From positions 74,960,001-75,024,000 of the forward strand of contig NC_086097.1 of NCBI RefSeq assembly GCF_963921235.1: a DNA stretch of 64,000 bases. The letters run 5' to 3'. Both the position numbers and the translations under genes were made by a program. Every line of letters begins with the position of its first letter. The stretch's first letter is position 1. Positions 24,995-37,780 of this stretch are shown piece after piece. The DNA comes from Mobula hypostoma. Taxonomy: Eukaryota. The notes below the pieces were generated by a model. It saw nothing but the letters and a program-made list of their open reading frames with translations, had not been told where the DNA came from and made no database searches.

Positions 24995-27696
24995 TGTAAT
25001 GCCCTGGTTCATATTTTTTTTAATTGTTATGCTCCATGTATTTCATTTTGTGGTGTTCTGGGAAAGCTGCTTGTTCTCTGCTTATGTCTGGGTTATTGTT
25101 GAAGATAAGAGTTGAGGAGACATGTCTGCCATCCAATTAGGATGCTCGAATTGAAAAATAGAAACATAGAAAATCTACAGTCAATATAGGCTCTTCGAGC
25201 CACAATGCTGGCACTGAACATGTCCTTACTTTAGAAGTTACCTAGGGTTATCCATAGCCCTCTATTTCTCTAAGCTCCATGTACCTATCCAGGAGACTTA
25301 AAAGACATTGCCAAGAGTCTTACCATTAAAACTATATTCTTCCATCAAATTTGATCTACCAAAATGAACCACCTCACATTTAACTGGGTTGAACATCATC
25401 TGCCACTTCTCAGCCCAGTTTTGCATCCTATCGAAGTCCCACTGTAACCTCTGACAGCCCTCCACACTATCCACAACACCCCCAACCTTTGTGTCATCAG
25501 CAAATTTACTAACCCGTCCCTCCACTTCCTCATCCAGGTCATTTATAAAAATCACAAAGAGGAGAGGTCATAGAACAGATCCCTGAGGCACACCACTGGT
25601 CACCAACCTCCATGCAGAATATGACCTGTCTACAACAAATCTTTGCCTTCTGTGTGCAAGCCAGTTCTGGATCCACAAAGCAAGGTCCCCTTGGATCCTA
25701 TGCCTTCTTACTTTCTCAATAAGCCTTGCACAGGGTAACTTGTCAAGTGCCTTGCTGAAATCCATATACACTACATCTACTGCTCTACCTTTATCAATGT
25801 GTTTGGTCACATCCTCAAAAAATTCAGTCAGGCTAGTAAGGCATGACCTGCCTTTGACAAAGCCATGCTGACTATTCCTAATCATACTATGCCTCTCCAA
25901 ATATTAATAAATCCTGCCTCTCAGGATCCTCTCCATCAATTTACCGACCACTGAAGTAAGACTCATTGGTCTATAATTTCCTGGGCTATCTCTACTCCCT
26001 TTCTTGAATAAGGGAACAACATCTGCAACCCTCCTATACTCCAGAACCTCCTGTCCGCATTGATGAATTGAAGATCATTGCCAGAGGCTTAGCAATCTCC
26101 TCCCTTGCCTCCCACAGTAGCCTGGGGTATATCGACTTATCCAATGTGATGCTTTCCAAAAGCTCCAGCACATCCTCTTTCTTAATGTCTATATCCTCAA
26201 ACTTTTCAGTCCACTGTAAGTCATCCCTACAATTGCTAAGACCCTTTCCATAGTGAATACTGAAGCAAAGTATTCATTAAGTACCTCAGCTATCTCCTCC
26301 AGTTCCATACGCACTTTTCCACTGTCATACTTGATTGGTCCTATTCTCTCACGTCTTATCCTCTTGCTCTTCACATACTTGTAGAATACCTTGGGGTTTT
26401 CCTTAATCCTGTCCGCCAAAGCTTTCTCATGGCCCCTCAGGCTCTCTCAATTTCATTCTTAAGCTCCTTCCTGTTAGCCTTATAATTTTCTAGTTCTCTA
26501 TCATTACCTAGTTTTTTGAACCTTTCGTAAGCTTTTCTTTCCTTCTTGACTAGATTTTCAACAGCCTTTGTACACCACAGTTCCTGTATCCTACCACCCT
26601 TTTCCTGTCTCATTGGAACATATCTATGCAGAGCACCATGCAAATATCCCCAGAACATTTACCACATTTCTGCAATACGTTTCCCGATTATTGACCCCTT
26701 GCTATTCCTAACTTCCACCCAGAGAGACTCCACAGACAATCCCTCCATGACTTCCTTATTTTCTGCAGCCATGATACTATCTCTGATCAACAGTGCCACA
26801 CCTCCACCTCTTCAGCCTCCCTCCCTGTCCTTTCTAAAACATCTAAAGCCATTCCTGCCTCTGAGCCATCCAAGTCTCTATAATGGCCACAACATCATAG
26901 CTCCAAGTACTGATCCACGCTCTAAGCGCATCCACTTTGTTCATGATACTCCTTGCATTAAAATAGGCATCTCAAACCATTGGTCTGAGTGTAAGGGGGA
27001 CAGCCACAGGGGTACCACTAGTATCTGACTCTTGCCCTTCCCTCTCCTGACTGTTTCCCATTTATCTGTCTCCCGAGGCCCTGGTGTGACTACTTGCCTA
27101 TGGCTCCTCTCTGTCACCTCCTCACTTTCCCTGAACAGACAAAGGTCATCGAGCTGCATCTCCAGTTCCCTAACCGGGTCCCAAAGGAGCTGCAACTTGA
27201 CACACCTGGCGCAGATGTGGAGGTCCAAGAGGCTGGAAAGGGAGGTTTCTCTGGTGCAGGACACTAAGGTTGGGCTTGGCGGTTTGTTTTGTGTGGTTCG
27301 AGGGAGATGAAGAGAGAAGAGGTCGTAGGATTTGACCTGGAGCAGAATCGTGGTTTGACGAAGCCCGGATTGAGATCCATAGAGGATTGGTGACTTGGGG
27401 AAACTGTGAGCTCCAGCTTGTGCACATTAGACTGTTTCATTAAACTGGGCCCTTTTCTTTTTTGTTCTTTTCTTTACTAACCCTTTACTCAAATTAAGAA
27501 TTATAAAGCTAAATCTTTTTAATTGTACTGTCTGTTATTTCATGGCACTCATTTGTTACAGGGTAACGAATTATTCAGCATCCACACAAACAGAGGGTTT
27601 GGGGGGGGATGGGCTTGCGCCTCAATCTCACACGTTTGGCGGGGCCGGAGATTCTCTTCCCTAGACTCAGGCAGCCGAGGAAACCAGAGCGGTTCA
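24995..27696. mobile_element. Probable solo LTR (TG...CA) split by a CR1 insertion
   Basis: Starts TGTAATGCCCTGG and ends CGGTTCA. Flanks CTTT/CTTC give a 3/4 TSD match. Segments about 24995-25155 and 27236-27696 flank the CR1. Confidence 0.45.
25156..27235 (-). mobile_element. Internally deleted CR1 LINE
   Basis: ATAGAAAC-type tail at about 25158. RT ORFs 25298-25900 (GVPQGSVL, KFADD). ORF1 remnant LHICARCVKLQLL (26941-27264). Confidence 0.85.
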
Positions 27697-30600
27697 CTTC
27701 CACAAGGTATATTTTAAAAGTGCAATTGTGAAGCAAATATGAATTATTTTGACGTAGCGAGGTTCAGTATAGTAATTAAACATTCTTAAATACTTCTAGG
27801 TGTTTCTATTTGTTGCTTTTGGATCTCAACTGTGTATTCATCAACTGTTATGGCTATCCTGTGGTCTCTAAGCCTCAGTCCCACACTGCTTGAAGTTTTT
27901 ATGTTTAGACGTCTTGGGAAAGCATTTTTTAGAAGTATTCTTCTCCACCAACAAACAATCACATAGGAAATTGCCTGCCCAGCACGTTCTGTATGTAAAA
28001 TGGCAAGTGAGTATTCGGAGGCCAATCTGGGAAATAGTGTAGCAAGTGTGCTTAGGACCTCTAGTATTAATTTATCAAACAGCAAAAGAATTTGTAGATG
28101 CTTTGTGGCAAATAAATTCAATTGATTGGCTTGTGCACTGCCAAACCCATAATTGTGAGTTGTTGTACCATTACTGATAAAGTATGTGCCTTCTGAAATT
28201 TTTTGTTCCAGTGAAGATCCTAATATTGTGGGATATGGAACATTTAGTAACACAACTCATAACTTCAACTTCAACTGGAACTCAGGGGACACAGATGGAT
28301 AGTGATTTCATTCACTCTTTCTAAGCAGTGTTTAAGATATCTAGATAAGCCTTGCTAAACTGCCCGTAAGGATATTAAAACGTCAAAGTCTGTGCAGGCA
28401 CGTAATGCTTGCATTACTTTGGGATGTTGAAATGTTGTAAAATTATGGCTTATTTGTTAATAATATTCTCGCCTCAGTAAAGCAGTCCATTCATGATATA
28501 TAAAAGAAACATTCTCCAGTTTACTATTTCCCTGAAATATAAACAAAGCTGTAAAACTCAATGTTCCAGGCAGCGTCTGCTAAGGGAGAATTTCATCATA
28601 AATCTGAAATGTTAACTCCCTCTCTTCCTCATAGATGGTAACTGACTTAATAAATGTCTTTCTTGATTTTATTTCAGAATTCTAGCACTTACACTGTTTT
28701 TCTTTGTTTGATTTAAAAGAGAGTGGGGTGGAGATCATCAGAAATATATTTAATCAGAGGTTACAGAAGAACAGAGAATGTTCTGAGTGTCAACAGAAAG
28801 TAAGTCCACTTCATTTCACTTATTATCTGACTACTACTAGTTCACTTATTAGCTGAGATTGGTACTTAAGCTATAAGCACTGCACCAGCATAGGTTCTAG
28901 AAGCGATTTTATAGTAGTAAAAAGAACTAATCTTATGGTTGGATGAATTTTGTCAGTTCTCAGCAAGGCCAGTGGATGAAGCGCAGAGCTTGAAATTAAA
29001 AGAAAATAATTACTCTCAGCTCAGAAGCAATAAGTCTTGTAACCTCTCTTTTGGAGAACTAAATTTAGATTCTCATCAGACATTAAAAATACAGTGATGT
29101 ACATGTCATTTTTTATAAGGTTTTAATATTATCCATGTTTTAGCTGTTACCAGTAGCTTCCAGCAAATTAATCGTGGTAATCGAATAGCCAATATATTTA
29201 AATTTGCAATAAAGTGAAGGCGTAAGGAGAAAATGTGGAAACAAAAAATCTGTAGAGCTCAGTGTATTTGCTCTGCTACCATCCCCAGCCAAATTATATC
29301 CCTTGACATAAGATTGTGAAATGACTTTAAGAGCTACAGACAATCTAGAAAGCATTTCTTCCTGCTGAGCAAGGTTGTATTGAGACAAGTATCGGATACA
29401 AGAAAAATGAGGAGGAGCAAATATATTTCCATAATTCTTTATTAAATATTATTTACCTGAATGGTAAACTGTAAGGCTAGGCTGTTGTTGATGTATAATA
29501 GACCACCCTAATGTATCTTATTTTGTATGTAGGGTAGCGCTTAAGAGCATGGTAACTTGTTTCATATTTTTCATTTCTGGTTATGTTGCAAAGGTTGGAA
29601 ATAAAAATACAAAACAGAATTAAGGATAAAACGTACATAGCTTCATTAGTTTCTTGAGAATGTCAGATATCCTTTTCAAAGCTTATGTTAGTTTCCAAAA
29701 TAGGAAATGGAGCACATTCAGGTACTGTAAAATAAAGGAGCATTTATTCTTGGAAATTTGACATAAAATGTAGCCGGAATAATAAGGTCATCCTCTGTGT
29801 GAAAGGATTGTCAGTCAAAGAAAACTCCACCTCTTTGTTCATCTTTTCAGTAAACAGCCGTCAGGTTACTTCATTCCATTTTGCTCATTGGACTGAAGGA
29901 ATCTAAAATCAAAAGATTCTGTATGTGTTTGTATCAAAGTGGAAACAACTTAACTGAATATTTGCAGAAGTGGCGAGTTTGAGAGGGGAAATGCTCATTA
30001 GGTTTGTAACTTTGACAGAACATAGATTGCAAATTTTATTTATTGTATGTTCTGTGAGCAATAAAATATGAAGTGTGCCAGAGAAAACACATGCTATGCA
30101 ATTAATAATCCTTTTTCCCCCAGATAAACCACAAAGGTTTCTCAACTCTCCAGGTGTATAATTTGTACATTCTTTGATAGTAAGTGTACTTGAATCTTGA
30201 ATCTTGATAATGACAATGTTTGTTTTATTTTGCTTTGTTTGAAAACTTAACCTACCTCTTCCTGGCATTGATCACCTTTGGTGATGCTTTAGTGTTGGGA
30301 ATGCATTGGATGTCATTGTTCCTTTTGGAGCAATGCAGAGGGACTGTGATAACATTATCCTGGGATGGCTATTAATGACTTCTCTCAGGACAATACAACA
30401 TTACTAGCATAACACCAGCCCGGATTGCCTTCAGGATAATAAATTATTTGCCTGCACCATGGAGACTTCTGCAAGCAAAGGTGATAGATGCAGGTTCAAA
30501 TGTGACATTTAAGAGACGTTTGGATAGGTATGTGAATGGGTGGGGCTTGGAGATCTTTAATCTGGGAGCAAGTAAATGGAACTAGGCAGAAAATCAGGTC

Positions 30601-31074
30601 GGTATGGATTAGATGGGCCAAAGGGTTTGTTTCTGTGCTGCAGTACTCTATGACTCTACGACTCCTCACCCTGCACTGCACGACCAATTCCCCATTTCCA
30701 CGCTTCTGCTGATCTGTAATTATCGACCACCATTCCTACCCTCCTCCTCCCTCATCGGAAAGGCACAGACAGGAATTTCGCTTGCCCAACCCTCAATTTT
30801 CTGGCTGCAGTAGATCCTGAACTCAATTTGCTCCATCACCAACTGCATGCTACCTTTCCAATCCTACCTCCACCTCCAGTAACAATGCTAATCTCTCCAC
30901 GACCCCGAATCCCCCCTCCTCCAACATCAATTGGTTGCATCTCCCTGCATCCTTTCAACAAGCAGCACCAGTCTCCCCCTCTCTGATCCAAGCTCTCTGG
31001 ATATCAAGTGTCGGTTCTTCAACAAACTCCCTTCTGATATCAAATACTGTTCTTCCTACAGTTCCTTTCAGAGT

Positions 31075-32290
31075 CAAATTTCAAAGTTCAAAGTAAATTT
31101 ATTATCAGAGTACATTAGGTACGTCACCATATACTACCCTGAGATTCATTTTCTCGCAGGCATTCACAGGAAATATGAAGAAACACATCAGAATCAATGA
31201 AAAGCCACACACGACAGAGACAAACAAACAGCGTGCAAAAGACAACAAATTGTACAAACACAAAAAAAGACATAATGATAATAAATAAATAAGCAGTACA
31301 GATTGACAAGGTGAGTTGCACAATCTTTAAAAGTGGATCAGTAGGTTGTGGAATCAGTTTCGCATTGGGGTGAGTGTTAGTTGAAGGTAATAACAGTTCC
31401 TGAACCTGGTGGTACGGGCCCTGAGGCTCCTGTACTTCTTAGCTCATGGCTGCAGTGAGAAGAGAGTATGGCCTAGATGGTGGGTGTCCTTGATGATGGA
31501 TGCTGCTTTCCTGCATCAGCATTCCTCATAAATGTACTCAATAGTGGGGTGGGCTTTACTTGTGATGGACTGGGCTGTATCCACTACTTTCTGAAGGTTT
31601 TTCAAGGGCATTGGTGTTCCCATACTAGGCCATATTGCAGACCATCAGTGTACTTTCCACCATGCATTTATGGAAGAAACACACATAAAAGTTGCTGGTG
31701 AACGCAGCAGGCCAGGCAGCATCTCTAGGAAGAGGTATAGTCGACGTTTCAGGCCGAGACTCTTCGTCCTGATGAAGGGTCTCGGCCCGAAATGTCAACT
31801 GTACCTCTTCCTAGAGATGCTGCCTGGCCTGTTGCGTTCACCAGCAACTTTTATGTATGTTGCTTGAATTTCCAGCATCTGCAAAATTCCTTGTGTATGC
31901 ATTTATGGAAGTTTGTCAACATTTTAGATAACATTTTAAACCTTCACAAACTTCTAAGAAAGTAGAGGCACTACCATACCTTCCCTTTAGTGGCAATTAC
32001 ATGCTGGACCCAGGACAGATCCTCTCAAATGATGACACAATTTGAAGTTACTGACTCTCTTCACCTCTGATCCCCAATTATGTCTACCTCATGGACCTTT
32101 GGTTTCCTCTTCTGGTAGTCAATAATCAGCTCTTTTGTTTTGCTGACATTGAGTGTGAGGTTGTTGTCGTGGCATCATTCACCCAAATTTTCAAACTCTC
32201 TGCCGTGTGCTGATTTGTCACCACCTTTGATTCAGCCCACAACAGTTGTGTCATCAGCAAACTTAAATATGGCATTGGCACTGTATTTAG
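31075..32290 (-). mobile_element. Rex1/Babar LINE 3' part (hosts the Penelope hairpin insertion)
   Basis: Tail TTCAAAGTTCAAAGTAAATTTATTATC. KFADD region on the minus strand near 32250-32265. Confidence 0.8.
31677..31896. mobile_element. Penelope pLTR-only inverted-repeat insertion
   Basis: Arms 31678-31768 and 31771-31861 are inverted (83/91 matches) with a 2-nt loop. 15-bp TSD ATGCATTTATGGAAG (31662-31676 and 31897-31911). Same pLTR family as 6269 and 46139. Confidence 0.9.
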
Positions 32291-32309
32291 GCTCAGTGCT
32301 TTTTGTTTT

Positions 32310-33400
32310 GGCTATCCCCCACCATTCTGGATGCAGTGATATTGCTCACTAGTTTCACAATTCACAGTCGAGGTAGGACTGCTGAGTCTTTCAAAGGCAG
32401 AGGAGGTGGAGTTTGCTTTATGATTAACTCCTTGTGGTGCACAACTTTGCGGTTCTGTCCCAGTCCTGGTCACCCACCCTGGAACATCTCACGATCAAGT
32501 GTTGTGCATTTTATCTTGGTAGTGGTGCACATCCCACCTCAGGTCTGTGTCAAACAGGCTCTAGAAGAACTGAGCCACGTAATCAATGGGCATGAAACAA
32601 CACACCCTGATGCCTACCCCATCATTTTGGGGGATTTTACCCAGGCCAGCTTGAAAAAGTCTCTAAATAATTATCACCAACATATCACTTGAGGAGCCAA
32701 CACACTGGACTACTGTTATACTACCATCACGAATGCTTATCATGCCATCCCACACCCACGCAATGGAAAGTCTAATCACCTGGCTGTAATTCCACTCTCT
32801 GAGACTAAAGATTGCAGCATCAGTAGATAGGGACAAGAAGGTATGGACAAAGGAGGCACAGGAACACTGACAGGACTATTTTGATTTGGTGGACTTGACT
32901 GTATTCAGGGATTCAGCTTTGAGTCTGAATGAGTACACCACAGTTGTCACTAACTTAATTAAAACCTAGGTACAGCTCAAATGCCATCAGTAACTTTGCT
33001 GACAACACAATTACTGTTGGCAGACTTTCAGATGGTGACGAGATGGCATACAGGGTGTGGTGTGCAAGATATATCAGCTAGTCGAGGGGTGTCGCAGCAG
33101 CAACCTTACACTCAATGTCAATGATATCAAAGAATTGACTGGGGACTCCAGAAAGGCTAAAGCGAGGGAATACACCAATGCTCATAGAGGTATAAGAAGT
33201 GGAAAGTGTGAGCAAATTCAAGTTTCTGCATGTCAATAGCTCTGAGGATCTGTTCTGGGCCCAACACATTGATGCAGTTATAAAGATTGCATAATAGCGG
33301 CTATATTTCATTAGGAGTTTGAGGAGATTTGGTATTTCACCAAAGTCACTCATAAGTTTCTACAGATGTACCATGGACAGCATTCTAACTGTCTAGACCA
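32310..33400 (+). mobile_element. Internally deleted Rex1/Babar LINE (APE endonuclease and RT C-terminus)
   Basis: RGGGVCFMIN..VHIPPQ..ILGDF (32303-32692) and NTLDYCY. An RT remnant follows from about 32970. Confidence 0.75.
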
Positions 33401-33404
33401 TATT

Positions 33405-36400
33405 GTGGCTAGACCATACTTGGAGTATTGTGTTCAGTTTTGGTCACTTTATTATAGGAAGGATGTGGAAGCTTCAGAAAGGGTGCAGAAGATACTTATC
33501 AGGATGCTGCCTGGATTAGGGAACATGTCTTCCAAGGAAACGTTGAGCATGCTAGGATTTTCCATCTTGGATGAAATGAGGATGAGAAGCAACTTGATCT
33601 GCTGATCTATTCCAGGCCACCAGACGAAGCTTCAGTCTGGTAGTTTCATTTTGTTGATGCTGGGATAACCAGCATGTAACTCCTCCAAGAGCTTAGATCT
33701 CAGCTTGGACAGTACAATAACTCTCAATGCCCACATAAGTCAACCTCCACCAAGAGCAAGTTAATCAAGTTAGTTGCAGCGCTGGTAAAAATGCAGGAAC
33801 TGGGATTTCTGTTGCACATTTTGGGTGGCCATGTAGACCTGAGACAGTGTGAGGTTATTTCTGGTTTCCTTTGGTTCATCTCGGCTGTACTAGGGAGACT
33901 TTCGATTTGCATTAGGGAAAATATGTCAAGATGAGTGTCCTTTTTTGCAAATTTTTCAGGTATTTTCTTTTCCAAGGGCAAATGGGACAATCTATTAGCA
34001 TTTCCATGATTAGTCGTCCTCTTGAATTCAAACTTGTAATTGTGTCCTCCAAGAAACAGAGCCCACCTCTGTATCTGTGCTGCTGCTGTTAGTTGGACAC
34101 CCTTCTGTGGATTGAAAATGGACACTAGTGGCTGATGATCAGTACTGGGGGTAAACTCTCTCCCGTACAAGTACTGGTTGAAATACTTTACACCCCAAAC
34201 CAGACTCGAGGCCTCTCTGTCAATCTGTGCATAATTTTTCTCTGCAGCGGTAAGGAAACGTGATGCAAAGGCTGTGGGGCGTCCACTTCCATCACTCATA
34301 ACATGTGACATGGCTGCACCGATACCATAAGATGAGGCTTTTCAGACCAGCTTCACTGAATGGTGTGGATCATAACGTGTTAGTACTGTGTCTGGTGTCA
34401 CCATTTCCTTTACCTTTTTGAAATCATCTTACACTGCTTTGTCCATTGTCATTTCTTCCCAATCTGTAGTAATGCATTCAAGGGGTGGAGCACAGTAGTC
34501 AGGTTTGCAGGGACCTGTTGCAGTAAGTGACAAATCCCAAAAAGGACCACAACTGTGACATGTCCTTTGGCCTAGGGGCATCTACCTCTGCTTGAACTTT
34601 CTCAGCACATTTGTGTATTCTTGTGCATCGATAGTGTCCCCACAGTAAGTGATGATTGGTTTGAAGAATTCACACTTATTGTGTGTGCTTGGAGCCCCCA
34701 ATCTTCTAACCTTTTTTAACACTGTCTTTAGATTGTCATCCAGGTAACACTGAGTGCCTGGGCAGCCATACAGCACCTGGGCCAGAGCTGTCTGCCAGAG
34801 TGCAGGTGCAGATGCTGCTCCAGAGATAAGCCTATTATAGCCATAAAACCCTTTATGAGTGTTTATGGTGAGAAACATTTTGGACTCTACTTCCATCTCC
34901 ATCTGTAGGTAGGCCTCAGCTAAATCCACTTTGCTGAAGTGTTTTCCTCTAGAAAGGTTTGCAAATATATCCTCTATCCTGGGCAGAGGATATTGATCTA
35001 CTTTAAGTACTGGGTTGATGGTGACCTTAAAATCACCCTAGATCCTGACAGATCCATTCTTCTTGGTTACTGGGACCTCTGGCATTGCCCATAGACTCCA
35101 CTTAAACTTGGAAAGAATTCCACCAGCCTCCATGCAATTAGCTCACTGGGTATTTTATCACGGATGGTATAAGGAACCAGACAGACTTTGTAAAACTTGG
35201 TATTGCATTTTCATTTAACACTATTTTACCTTTGATATGTTTGAGTTTTCCAATGCTATCCTTGAACACTGGTGTGGCATCATCCAGTATATTTCTCAAT
35301 TCATTGTTCAGTAGACTCTTTCGCAGAGGATGTGGCATTCTAATGGTGGATGCATCTACAATCTAGCTTTAGTTGTCTTTGCTACTCATGACCTCACAAG
35401 GTTGGCCCTCCTGTTTTTACCACGTATATGCCAAATGTGGCTTGTTGGTAGTTGTATTTCATTGTTACACTTGTCATTCCCAGAGGAATTATCATTTTTC
35501 CAGTTAAGTTCTTAAGTGAATATCTGCAGGCTTCAGTTCAATATCTTTGAAATGCCATTCAAACTCATTTTGCTGAATGACTGAAACAGCTGAGACTATG
35601 TCCAATTCCATTTTAATTAATTTGCCATTCACATCTGTTGTAAGCCACATCACTGGCCTGTTGTTAGTTTTCACATTGTAAATCTCGAGGCTACTCAGTC
35701 CTTTGTCACTCTCATCATTATCAGATTTTTCATCAACAGCATGCAGGTTAGTGCTCTTTCTGAAACTGCAACTTGCCTTTTTATTTTTTTCTCTACCCCG
35801 TGCAGTCCATTTATTTTTGTCTGCCTGACATGCTCTTTGCATGTGTCCAATTTTGTGGCAGTTTCTGCAAACAACTTAAACCTTCTTTGATCAGATGCAA
35901 GTGAGTTCCTGCCACATCAGTAACACTGTTTCTGTCTAGGTGCTGCAATTTGTTCAAGGTCACTTTTATTTCTAACTGTTATTCAAAAGCATCTTTGTCT
36001 GTTGTTTCCATTGATAACCTATTTCAATTGTTCTTTTAAATGTAAGCTGTGCTTCAGTTAGGATCTGTTTTTGAATGCTTTCTTGTAAGATTCCACAAAC
36101 TATAAACAATCTTTCAGTGCATAATTAAACCCACCACTGAACTGAAAATGCTCAGCTAATCTCTTCAATTCAGTCACATACATTGAAATAGAGTCCCTTC
36201 TTTTTGATTCTGCCTATCAAACCTAATGCAATTAAAAGTGCTTTTTGTTCTAAATGTTTCTCCAATACATTCAAAATATCAGCAAAGCTAATTTCAGTTG
36301 TTTAGTTGGAGCAATCAAATTTCTAAGCAAACTGTATGCTTTTAAACCCAATGCTCTTAGCAAAATTGACACACGCTTCTCATCGGCTATTTCATTTACT

Positions 36401-37110
36401 TTAAAATACTGCTCAATTTGCTCCATATGCAATATCCAGTTATCTGTTGTGTAATCAAGCGCATCAATCTTTCCAATGTAGTCAGCCATTTCTGTTCTTT
36501 TTTTATCACCCAGTACTCACTGTTTACGAACCCATGAACTCATTTTCTGCTTTTTTTTTACTCGATTGTCTTTATTTTTGTGAAGAATGTGAGCTGCTTC
36601 AAAGAAAAAAATACATGCTGCATGTTTTTTTTTACTTGACCATTTCTCGCTTCACCTTTTTTTAACCTGAACATCTTGCTGCGCTTCAACAGACATGCTT
36701 CATCATCCCTGGTTTGTTTAAAACTTCCTCATTGCCATTGTTTGTTTTGTAACTCCAAAACATAAAACTGATCAAAATGAAAGCATGGAGACAGAAATAA
36801 TTTGTGTATGTTCGTTTTTACTTTAAGTGAGGCTCGCAGAGGGGTGATGATGTACCCACATAATCCATTAAACAAAGAATGTTTAATCAAATAATATATT
36901 AGCACTATTACTCAATTACCACCGAAACATTAAATGCACAACAGTAGAGGCCTATACATTAGGGACATTTAAGAGACTCCTAAATGGATAAAAGAAAAAT
37001 GAAGGATTATGTAGGAGGGAAGGGTTAGATTGTTTGTGGAGCAGATTAAAAGGTTAGCACAATATGTGGGCTGAAGGGCCTGTGCTGCACTGAATGGTTC
37101 TATGTTCTCT
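33405..37110 (+). mobile_element. CR1 3' fragment split by a Gypsy element (pieces 33405-33600 and 36944-37110)
   Basis: RPYLEYCVQFWS at about 33410. The CR1 3' UTR (GGGCTGAAGGGCCTGTGCTG..TTCTATGTTC) resumes after the LTR. Confidence 0.7.
33600..36943 (-). mobile_element. Degenerate Mag-like Gypsy LTR retrotransposon, 3'-truncated in integrase
   Basis: 5' LTR about 36739-36943. PBS TGGCAATGAGGA (36726-36737) resembles tRNA-Ser(GCT) TGGCGACGAGGA. gag MADYIGKID.. (36271-36489), protease KMELDI, RT DLAEAYLQ/YLDD (34582-34929), RNase H (33724-34311). Ends at the integrase WWPGID motif. Confidence 0.85.
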
Positions 37111-37639
37111 TGAGTTCTTAACAGGAAATGTTCATCTCCAAATATGATCACTTCCTTTTACAAGACATATCCAACAAAAAGTTGGCTGTTCTTCTTTGCA
37201 TACTGAATTCATCAGTAATGCCGAAAAGAAGCTTTTAGTTTCAACTATGTCTGAATCCATTGGGAGCAATTTCTTATGAGGTGCATTCAGAGGTTTGGGA
37301 TAGTAAGCAGACTCTGGGAGCATTCCCTTGCACATGTGTTGGGGAACAATATATGGCAGGTTTGGTGGTGGGTGGTGCGTCTAGGGGGCATATTTTGCAA
37401 AGCAAATATGAGTATGTAAGAAATCAATAATTTCAAGATGCATTTTTATCTGATTTTAAATGTTACTGGTCCTTAAAAAAGAAATGCATTATCAAGAACA
37501 TTTGCTTGAATAACAGCCTGGTTAAACGAGTTTGAGAAAAAATAAATTACTTACTTGCAGCAAAAATTGAAAACTATTGTCCAATTGTTGACCTTGGTTG
37601 CCTCAATAATACTTCACAATATAAAGCTGAAAGTGATTC

Positions 37640-37780
37640 AGGGCTCCCTGAAGGTTTAGTGGTTAAATATGCCACATGATGTGATGCTGAGCCATAAACA
37701 CAGAAAGACCTGTGGTACACTCTCTGGTCTGTGCTGAGTTAGTTCATCTCAGCTGGACTGATTGTGGAGCTGCTATAATT
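37640..37780 (+). mobile_element. Ancient tRNA-derived SINE head, possibly AmnSINE2-like
   Basis: GCTGAGCCATA..CAGAAAG...GGTCTGTGCTGAGTTAGTTCATCTCAGC resembles, from memory, the 5' part of an ancient gnathostome SINE. Confidence 0.35.

Noticed and set aside
27786..28253. 155-aa minus-strand ORF
   Set aside because: Non-ATG start, no recognisable motif and no convincing splice sites. Consistent with chance.
29457..29468. 12-nt micro-exon candidate (CTTACAG|TTTACCATTCAG|GTAAAT, minus strand)
   Set aside because: Weak polypyrimidine tract. Such matches are expected by chance in 64 kb.
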